Shown piece after piece: positions 53,501-61,400 of a DNA stretch of 64,000 nucleotides (position 1 is the first letter of the stretch; each line of letters opens with the position of its first letter). This DNA is from Phoronis australis (Eukaryota; Animalia; Phoronida): the NCBI GenBank assembly GCA_002633005.1, contig NMRA01000998.1, forward strand, positions 1-64,000. The letters run 5' to 3'. The translations under genes were made by a program, and so were the position numbers. Below the pieces are notes generated by a model. It searched no databases, was not told where the DNA came from, and was given only the letters and a program-made list of their open reading frames with translations.

Positions 53501-54466
53501 CAGTATTTTCGAGGCTTTCAGTTTGCTAAGAAAATCCATTAAAAAATGTTTACTTATTTTCTCTGGAGAAAATGGGTTGATCTATAGCATATTTTAATCC
53601 TCTTTTGTTCAACTTTTTTCCATTGCACTTTTTGACACTTTGTAATTTATCTGACTGCGTATTTTATAGTAACTTAAGATTTTTACTATTCTTTGATCGT
53701 TTGTGTAACTATGGGAATAAAACTTGAACCATTCTTTTACTGCTACGCTTCGTACTCCAATATCCTAATCACAAGTCACTCAAGTTCCAAACCTCAAATA
53801 TCCCCATCAGAACTCACTCAAGTTCTACCCATCATAAGTCACTCAAGTTCTAAACTGTTTGCTTATCCTTTATTCTAATTCTGAGTTGTGGAGCATCAAA
53901 TTTCTTTTTCTGCTTAGCACACAATGTGAAATTTTACTTTATTTTATCAACAAGAAAAACCACAAAGAAGTTTTGAATCTACAATTGCCATGCTCTGTTT
54001 GCATAGATTTTATAAATCTTCAATTTTTTAATTACTGATAGCAAGGTAGTTTGTCTTTGCAAAAAAGGATAATGACAATTTTATCAATCTTTTGTTTGAA
54101 GTAACTATAGCATTGTTCAATAAATTTAATTGCAAGGTATTTTTATAAATGAGCACTGTGATATTGTATTGTATTACTAGACGTCTTCACACACATCATA
54201 TGTTGATCACAGCACATGTTTTTTCATGGCTTAATTTGTAAATGTGTCGAGGTGTCTGTACCGTGATGACAAACTTCATTCATATACAGCCTATCTTGAA
54301 ATGATGTGTTTCAGATCCAGCTTTCTTCCCGGGTAGATGTGCGAACGTGATCGTGAGGGGGTGTAACGTGGGCGTGATTGGTGTTCTTCACCCAGCAGTC
54401 ATTAGCAAATTTGAACTCGCGTTGCCATGCTCAGCGCTGGAGATTGACATCGAGTGGTTTTTATGA
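26562..54466 (+). CDS. FARSB: Phenylalanine--tRNA ligase beta subunit (cytoplasmic), about 590 aa, 16 coding exons
   Basis: Phase-consistent exons: 26562-26619 ([19 protein letters not shown]), 28331-28386 ([17 protein letters not shown]), 28978-29132 ([13 protein letters not shown]), 30433-30505, 31585-31700 or its duplicate 33397-33512, 32511-32661 or its duplicate 34191-34341, 34854-34962 (VLSMPPIIN), 36073-36205, 36735-36786, 37263-37324, 38536-38743 ([17 protein letters not shown]), 39889-39969, 41773-41865, 44264-44381 (VARTTLLPG), 53314-53469, 54315-54466 (FFPGRCA...IGVLHP...TGA). Total 1773 nt using one copy of exons 5-6. Confidence 0.97.
28382..28729 (+). repeat. 21/18-bp minisatellite built from the FARSB exon-2 donor site
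   Basis: Unit aaatagtaagtatgaaggaat (18-bp variant aaataagtatgaaggaat), about 17 copies, beginning at the exon/intron junction. Confidence 0.95.
31395..31546. repeat. 27-bp tandem repeat, about 5.5 copies (second copy at 33241-33358)
   Basis: Unit agaagagtacgatattacaccattgtt; it explains the LLEEYDITP ORFs. Confidence 0.95.
31763..31936. repeat. 25-bp tandem repeat with copy-number difference between the duplicated segments
   Basis: aatttattgtattatgctcatagtg, about 6 copies here versus about 2 at 33575-33625. Confidence 0.9.
32693..33174. mobile_element. Terminus of an inserted element present in only one of the two duplicated segments; truncated by the N-gap
   Basis: Copy 1 reads ...ccccttaagtaa|ttttattcctcccagaattccccc whereas copy 2 reads ...ccccttaagtaa|atattgtg. 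The insert is GC/CpG-richer than its flanks and has an 86-bp direct repeat (32914-32999, 33089-33174). Confidence 0.65.
33175..33240. other. Assembly gap (66 N)
   Basis: Run of N. Confidence 1.
33241..34373 (+). other. FARSB: Second copy of the FARSB exon 5 - intron - exon 6 segment (exons 33397-33512 and 34191-34341)
   Basis: Near-identical to 31395-32692. The exon-5 copies differ by two synonymous changes (CCC/CCT, GCC/GCT) and the exon-6 copies look identical. Introns differ by scattered SNPs and repeat copy number. Confidence 0.9.
35485..35713. repeat. 46-bp minisatellite, about 5 copies
   Basis: Unit agtggcccctacacacaatgcatcctccaccagggataatcagtgg. Confidence 0.95.
37807..38153. repeat. 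14-bp minisatellite spanning an N-gap (37918-38067)
   Basis: Unit ctctcactagactg left of the gap and ccctcactagactg right of it. Confidence 0.95.
40181..40377. repeat. 19-bp minisatellite, about 10 copies
   Basis: Unit acatactctacagtgtatg. Confidence 0.95.
42091..43150. mobile_element. Tc1/mariner-pogo-type non-autonomous element, TA TSD
   Basis: TA|CCGTATTTGCCCTAATAAGCGCC ... GGTGCTTATTAGGGTGAATACGG|TA. Confidence 0.85.
43159..44155. mobile_element. Related TA-CCGTA-type foldback element with ~330-bp inverted arms
   Basis: 43178-43520 is the reverse complement of 43774-44100. The spacer contains a 19-bp tandem repeat (cacagcacgtacagggaat x4). Confidence 0.85.
49085..51835 (-). CDS. Intronless ankyrin-repeat protein, 916 aa (N- and C-terminal ANK blocks joined by an acidic/Ser-rich linker), nested in FARSB intron 14
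   Basis: Uninterrupted 2751-nt ORF with many canonical ANK motifs ([67 protein letters not shown]). It lies wholly between FARSB exon 14 (ends 44381) and exon 15 (starts 53314). Confidence 0.9.
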   Translation of the reverse strand: MALDNIEVLVDTINDCIEQKIERTVKEIIKRNADRINTIAVMPNALGWCPLQTAVLNAKGNTKIIELFVNSSLDVNCSINQQGATMLHMSVVQQDYKLTKYLLKTAHIKVNVQNNNGETALFLATLLCKTFNPKSTMQLLLKLGAKATVQNKKGQTALHAAVDPLTCDKLTKVCKLLENGANPNIADAEGKTVLHCIMANYAPETIEVAQILLKSGVNISARDRHGLTAFDYMMMNKGKQYELMDTLLDSGIKLPKIARHVSQPLIAKCLQTSPPMRRNRFKDNRRSRSMAPLSMPASDLARLQKLAKQGGKDKQRSQSCFALDDHGSQNMCDSFPTAHSQDERNACVTNSHKDHNNCTTTSHSTERELTNSRELKPLSVDIPADNSLKLIRAEFSDEFTKTDKNSKISFNYETVGKKSMNTAYLNQKVSDSEEENDDKDVEHSKFLPTWRICESYDFRTQRHVLWEELDNADSHGETDSNENDSDDTDGDGYSMVEYSENDHKMESGYSASDEEGDSGDENNNDDSSELSHSILNEFYNHERDMSLHRKRANSGLFEIERLRRQESVKSSADSKIFKILNELRTDGECTAALKELFKEEHDFVSWRNKAGETPLHCAALRGFAETCKLLLSQHCEKDQVCVQDISENTPLHRAVQYRHKDTVKILLSHIRTENGAQICNAKGETAMHLAVKTGNKRSVQALYPHFRNITIDKTEQYVQLALKFKDSKLARKLVKYLTHGAENNKNVLFITAAANNNVDVIKFLLDLVANGEKIDINTADNYKFTALHFAVQNNNESLVTSLLEKGAKVNVRSENDETPFMLAVDNGNSNMAKLLKSRGAKHKCVDRTGRTCLHRIVARSTGLENMNIIIWLLGLGLKLDQPDNLGYRPSQLTDSDSLKSILMQYVRKPYHMHHTF
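52562..52613. repeat. (GT/GC)n microsatellite
   Basis: tgtgtgtgcgtgcgtgtgtgtgtgcg... Confidence 0.9.
53185..53259. repeat. 16-bp tandem repeat, about 4.5 copies, just upstream of FARSB exon 15
   Basis: Unit agcgtcagtttgaggc. Confidence 0.9.
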
Positions 54467-54697
54467 TCGTAATGACGAGATAGCCATGAGGAAAATTCCA
54501 GTTACTTTTTCACTTGGTCTCTGATGACACAGTTCCAATGCTTTATGGAAATTTGTTTTTGCAGTTCAATGTCCCACGTAAAGGTAAAATGGGTCAAAAT
54601 TTTCTATAAATTGTTTCTATTATAGTATCATTACTGTTGCTATTATTATTGATTGAAACATTTCTCATAAAGAGCAAACATTGCACAATATAAAATG

Positions 54698-54703
54698 AAT
54701 AAA
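54698..54703 (+). promoter_or_regulatory. Candidate FARSB polyadenylation signal (alternative at 55071-55076)
   Basis: AATAAA about 230 nt after the TGA. Confidence 0.45.
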
Positions 54704-55392
54704 ATCGGGTGAACAACATGGAAGTGCGAATCCAGTAACCAGTGTAGGTGGAAATTAATGAATGAGGAGACAAAGAGGTCTCAGGGCTGGAAGTATGTAT
54801 TACTTAAAGGGCTTAGAATTTTCTTCTTTGAGAGGATTTCCTCTTTTTTGGTTTGGATTTCCTCTTTTTTGGTTTGGATTTCCTCTCATATGATTTCCAG
54901 TTTCCTCTTTCTTCATCTGTTTCTGATAATTATTTTGACTTTATTCATGCAAAAAAGTTTCTTGCAGTTAAATTTGTATCAAATAAGCATATTTATTTGT
55001 AAAACGATACATCACCTGGAAATTTTTCCTCTTGTCACGGGTCATTCCTAGCTGTGTATTGAACCAAACTAATAAAGTAGTTGTGGCAATCAGTTATAAC
55101 AGTGGACATACAGTGCCATCTGTACAAGTACAGAATAGACATACAGCACAGAAAACATGGTGATGAGATCATGTGGTTGGTTTGGAATACATGGTATTGT
55201 AATGCAGCGAAGACTTGCCAAACTTAAAGAAATTCTGGACTTGCTAAAGTTCTGTATTGATGTCTAGCAAGGGCAGAGTTTGGTGTTTTTTGACACCGAT
55301 GCTGGCTGGTGCCCTACTGTCTGCTGATATGACGAGTTTCTGCCACAAACTCATCAGATTGGCCTCAGAACTTCATGTAACCGAGGCATTAG

Positions 55393-56329
55393 TTAGTCAC
55401 CGTACTCATGGTCCTTAGCCAAGTCGCTCAACTTGAGACATGCAGTGTTGCCCTCACTGCAGCTGGTGGTGGAAATTGCAATGGTGTCTTGTTGTTTATG
55501 GAGAATCCTGTTGGGTGATTTCTACAACAAAAAAAATGTAATTGTACAATTTGCTTTGTGGTATTCTGTCATGGCTGCGAAATATCACTTGTAACTGTTC
55601 ACCAATGCAATTGAAATAAATATTCCCAGTGTCTGCATATCTTAGCATTTTCATTCAGTGACTCCACAGACACTATTGGGTTTTTGTGGACTTTACTGCT
55701 GTTTTAATTTCTTGAAGTAGGCCTAACTGTTAGCCACAGAACCCAGTGTATGTGAGTCTTGACTTTGTGTAATTAATAAAATCTCTAGCTTGGCTTTTGA
55801 GATCTAAATGAATTTACAAACTGCTAACATACCATGAAAATGATATTGATGTGAAAGAATGCCATGCTAAAATCAACATGGCATTCACCAGTTTAATACC
55901 AATTACACAGACCTGTTGACCATAATGGATATAATGATCTTGTATATGGCCTTGTTGCGTGCTCATAATGGATATAATAATTTTGTATATCGTTTTGTTG
56001 CGTGCTCCTAAATGAGACAACTCTACTGCCAAGAAGAGAACATTAATAGTTACGTTCTTGATTTTTCAAGTCTGTGTGCGAGAAAATCATATTTGCAGCT
56101 TCTGGAGCTATTTGTAAAATAATGTTCTGGAGGGTCAAGGGTCAGTAGGTCGGACTGTTACTGGGGTTGGTGACTGGAGGGTCAGTAGGTCTGACTCCTA
56201 CTGGGATTGGTGACTGCCCAGTGACTGGTTTTTGCGAACATGTCACCCTCTATCGGTGTTCATAGACAGTATTTACAGTACGTTCTACTAGTATCTATTT
56301 ACCTTCATCTGATGAATGATAATGCCCAT
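55393..56329 (-). CDS. Hypothetical spliced small ORF (51 aa)
   Basis: Exon 56329-56303 (ATG...AAG|gtaaat) joins in phase 0 to exon 55521-55393 after the strong acceptor ttttttgttgtag, giving MGIIIHQMKKSPNRILHKQQDTIAISTTSCSEGNTACLKLSDLAKDHEYGD*. No homology recognised. Confidence 0.25.
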
Positions 56330-56629
56330 TGTCTCCTTATGTGTATGTGTAAGTGTTAGTACAGACGGGCTGTCAGCAGTCAAGGCACTCTCTCTACTAA
56401 TAACGCAAGAGAAACGTACGCGAACCATTACCCCCGTGATCCATAATGATGTAGTTTTTATTGTAGGCAGTTAAAAATTATTTCTTTACTGAGTATAGCA
56501 CGCGTGGAGACTGATTTTTGCGTCCTGCCCATTTCGTTTCATCCAGTGTGTTTGCAAGCATTCAATATTAACCCTATTTTTTATTTTTCATTTCTGTTTT
56601 ATGCATCTTTTCAATTTTTTTTCAAAGTA

Positions 56630-56763
56630 CATGGACGGCGCAGCACGGAAAAATGTGGGGGGCTAAAGCCCCCCAGCCCCACTGTGGTGCACCGCCTATA
56701 GACCATGGGCCCCGTAGCACTGAAAGAGTGGGGGCTGTAGCCCCCTATGGTGCGCCGCCCATG
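56630..56763. mobile_element. Dimeric mini-MITE, 5-bp TSD AAGTA (family of 25605-25753, opposite orientation)
   Basis: aagta|catggacggcgc...gcgccgcccatg|aagta. Confidence 0.75.
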
Positions 56764-58455
56764 AAGTAGGTAGCGCATTTGGAAAAAATAAAACATCAAA
56801 TATTTTCTATCAACATTTGGGTACTAAGCGTACGGAAGTTTCATTCGAATCCCATCCTCCACAGTTTCTTTGATATGACGATGTTCCGACATTTTTGAGT
56901 GAATTTGTTTGTGGATTACTCATTTCCTGTTACTTTTCAGTCGGTGATTTCGATATTTTTCATTGTGTTTTTGAACAAAGCAATCGACTTTTACAGGACC
57001 ACGTAAACGTAATCTTATTGACATATAGGCTATCAAATCCGAGCCACGGTTTCTTTTTCCTGCGGTGAGCTGTAAAATTATCAGCATTGCAAAGACTTAA
57101 CTGTTGGATTGTAGGTCGATATTTTTTATGAAACAAAATCGGAAATGCTTGTCAACTGTATTTTGGAAGCTCTACCGTCGTTTTCAGGACTGAAATTAGA
57201 TAAGAAACCTGCCTAGTGTTTTTTTAACTGCCAAGCGTAAAATAGTTCGTGGAATAATGTCATTTTTGTTGTTTGGCCACGTTTTAAAAGTTCTTTAATG
57301 ACACGTTAAAGTGTTACAGTAAATGGCCCACTAATAATATTTGAGTATTGTTAGTCATCTTTCATGTATTGCACCTCAGTCGTCAAAAATGTCGTTTATT
57401 TGGCTAACTTGAAAAAATGAATGTTGAATCAGATCTTTTGCTCTCATGAAATCGGTCACATAACGTCCCGTACCCAAGGATTCTATTTACCAAGTCAAGT
57501 CTCCGGCAATTCCTACGACCCCATGCGCCAATTTCAATCCACGGAATTCACAATTTCTTAACGTTGGCCAACCAAGATACGTTTTCTTGCGTGTTCTTGG
57601 GTCGGTGATGGCTTCCGTTGTTCTTTTTTGGTAACGGAACAAGACTCCTATCACGGTAAGGAGTAATGAGAGCTATTTTATGAGGGCAAAGGTCTAATTC
57701 TATTTTCGTTAGAGAGCCACACGTCCGCTGTAAACGACGTAGCCGTTTTGTTAACGCCGGTCAGTACCGAGTAGCGACCATACTGAAGAAACCCCGTTCA
57801 TCTCGTTTAAGCGGACAACTTTTGAATTTTTTTGAATATATTTTGTTAATTGTTTTTGCATGCGCACCACTGGATTTACATTTTAGTTTGAATTTACGGC
57901 TGACAATTTTATTTTCTTGATAGTGGCGGATCAACTATGCTCGGCGGGGGCATTTGAGAGGACAAACAAGCAAGCAAAAATCCTTTAAGGCGGCTATAAA
58001 GCAAGTGAAAAAAAATTTATGGAGAGTAACCAACTTGATTGTCGAAATTTTTCTTTGCCAAGTTCATTAGCACACTGCCATGAGACAGACATAGTCAGTG
58101 ATGCCTGTCGCCGCGCGGTTGTGGGCTTCAATTGGGATGCATTTTTAAAAGAAGCGTCTGCTATCTCCGCTAGGCGGCGACAGCGGTGACTACGAGATGG
58201 CGCTGCTTATTATGTAAACACGAGTTACACAACGGATTAAAACTTATCATTCATGCTCTGATGCAAATTACGAGCAATAACCTCCTTAGTTCTCAGAAAG
58301 ATAGATTGAACAAAGCGGCATTCGAGAGGTACAATATTTCGCATCTGTGTGACTGGGACGTCTGCTCAACTACATGTGCAACGTTGACTGATCCGTTTCA
58401 CTGAACACCCAGTGGGGCTTCATCTCTTCGAATTCAAGTTGCCGATACGTGTTGT

Positions 58456-61400
58456 ATGTTGTCGCGTTTGCCGTCCAAGATGACTAGTGTAACTATTTGT
58501 TTACTGCGGAATGATCTTCGCTATCTTGACAATCAGGTAAATTGATACGTCTGCTCTGCACACATGTTGGCACACTGCATGGTCGGATACTTAAGTTGTA
58601 GCGGTCCCTGAAAGTTTTGACTGAGATTGAGAACGAGGCAATCGCTAATTAACGGGCTCGTTATTCAGTGGATGAAACTGGTTGTCAAAATTAGGGACCT
58701 CTATATCCAACCAGTGCCCACAGGGTTGGTGTTTGACTCAGGACACGTGCTGACGACTGATCAGGCAACACGTAGACAGTGATCACCTTCTCTAGCTCGA
58801 TCGATCAGCATTAGTCGGAGGGCAATAAATACATACGCCCTTTACTTTTTCCCAGCTTTCATTTCCAAATGGCTAAAATTTCAGTTATAGGCGAAAAAAG
58901 CTTCACGGCCATTCTCACTTGCTCTACCAGAAAGTCTAACTTAACTTACATTCTTCAGTAGGCAATGACCATCGCCTCTGTTGGCCCGAACCAGAGGCGA
59001 TGCAGAGGCTATAGGCGCGCTGTACGCCGGAAGCTTTTCGGCGAATTATGCCTCGCACCGACTAAACCATCAAAGTCACGTTGTTATAAATACCTTTTGC
59101 GCATAGAGGAACACCTGAGGAGGTTGTCGATGTGTTTGATTCCTTCCAACTCGAACAAATACTCCCATTATCAAACTTTTTCTGTGGAGCTCATCTTTTC
59201 CATTGGCTTACAGTTCAACAATGGTTGCTTGACTTGAGTGCCCTTTTTATACCTCAGTGTATATGTCTATAAACTCCTGGGGTTCCCTGAGGGTCCTGTG
59301 CAGTTGTTAGTATCGGTAGATGATTGGCTGACACTGCAAGATCTATGTTCTAGGTTTTACAGTGGGCGCATCAGAACAGTGACAGGGTACTACCTCTCTA
59401 CTGTTTTGACCCGAGACATTATGGCCAAACTTACCACCATGGCTTTCCAAAGACAGGAGTCCATCGTCTAAAATTTCTACTGGAAAGTTTAAAAGATCTG
59501 AAATCAATACTGCAGGGCCATGGAAGGTATGGAGTTGTGTTAACAATAATTAGGTTTATGGGTAAAATTGATATTGGTTGTTGTAATGGTCTTACAGAGT
59601 TAAATTAGAAAATCTTGCTGTTGTATGTGAATTATGCTTTGGTTTGACAGTGCTCCCATTTGAGCATTAATCCGAATCCATGTTTCGGATAATTCCATGG
59701 TTTTTGCTGACTACAAAATTTGTTAAAAGTATCGTAGCATTGATAAAGAGCATACTGCTCGAAACGTGGAGTATATTTAATGGATTTTAATATTGACTTT
59801 CATCCTTTTGCTTAATGCTATTTTACCCGACTGTGTAACCGTCGGTAAGGGAATGGCATTTCAATACTTAATTTAAAAAATATGTTTGTTTTGTTACCCG
59901 TGTTTGATTTACCACATATAATGTAAATTAAATTTTCCAGTGACCTTTTGGTGCAATATGGAAAGCCAGAAGAAGTGATTCCCCGGATTGTCAATGAACT
60001 TGGCGGGCAAAATGTCAAGGCAGTTGTGTTCCAGGAAGAGGTACTTCGATCCCTTTGCACTGTTTCAATCGTGAAAGTATACAGTAAATGTGGATCAATT
60101 TTGTCTTTGACTGGCACAAAGAACTCTTAATTATAAACCCAGTGCTTATGGTTTTGAGCAGACATAATCATACGGCACACACAAAAAATAATCAGAATAA
60201 AATTACCTGGGATTTCCAGGCGTGTTGGTTTGTGCGTTCTGGGTTTAGTTATTCAGAATTCATAGGGGATAACCAAACAGAACAATAAGCCCTTTCTTAA
60301 ATTGTGTTTAGTTACCTAGTTAAGATCCTTTCCCATGTAGTTACCTTCAGTACTACTGAAACCTCGTTTTTTTCTGTGGTTAACCGCAAAGTAAATCATT
60401 AGTGTTCCCATCTACTTCAGAGTTATAGTTCAAAGAAATTATCGCAAGGCGGTAATCTGACCTGTAGTCATATGCCTTGCTGTTTTTGTCTCTACTTGTC
60501 ATCAAAAATGGCAAGGACATCTCCCTCTCCTCAAATGGAAACTGGAACGTCAACGGTTGTCACGTTGGGATGATGACGATGCACTAGAAAATGACATGAA
60601 AAAATTGGTCAAGTTAATGGCTGATCCAAACTAAGGCAGTATTGGGTGGCAGAAACTTGTTTTGGGTTCACTTCATGCTCAGTGATTTTTTAATGTAAAT
60701 TCAGCAAATACATGGATAAATTGAAACAAAATGCCAAAATTATAATTATTAGAACAAAATATTAACGATTAATAACAAGCCATCTACCGCTGTTGGCAAA
60801 CTCAGGCAGTGACCTCTGGCGATAACTCTGATGGCACTGAGGTAAAGTAATCCCTTTGTAGCGAAGCGTGACGCTTTGCTGTTGAATCCACCTCTTTCTT
60901 TCAGAGTTAATTTACTGTTATCTTTAAGCCATTCAAGACAGAAGTTAAATGTTCCCATTTATGGAAGTTTTGATAACACCAAAGCTTAGGAGCTAGGAAA
61001 GGCCTATTTGTACAACTGAAACAGTTGAATGACACAGAGCAAAAAAACGCTTTCACTGACCTTGCATGTCAATTTCAAAAAGCCTATTGTGTGTGAGCAA
61101 CACCCTTGATTTACTGTAACAAGTGTCCGCAAAATTCTAAGCCACTATGCTGACTAGTTACCCCCATCCAAGCCTAAAATGTGAAATTTCTCTGCACCCT
61201 AAAGCATCTACCTTGTTGTAGGTAACTCAAGAAGAGACTGATGTTGAGCAGAATGTCGCCTCAGTCTGTGAAACTCAAAAATTCTGGGGCTCAACTCTTT
61301 ACCACAAGCAAGACTTGCCATTTCAGTGTGAAAAGTAGGTTCCTCTTTTGAATAAGTGAAATTAGTAGTAAAGTTGATTGGCTTGTTTTTTAGATTTCTC

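Noticed and set aside
54471-54527. SECIS- or K-turn-like ATGA...AAAA...GA fold after the FARSB TGA
   Set aside because: It is only about 5 nt from the stop (too close for Sec recoding), the stem geometry is non-canonical, and the protein ends at the expected FARSB C-terminus.
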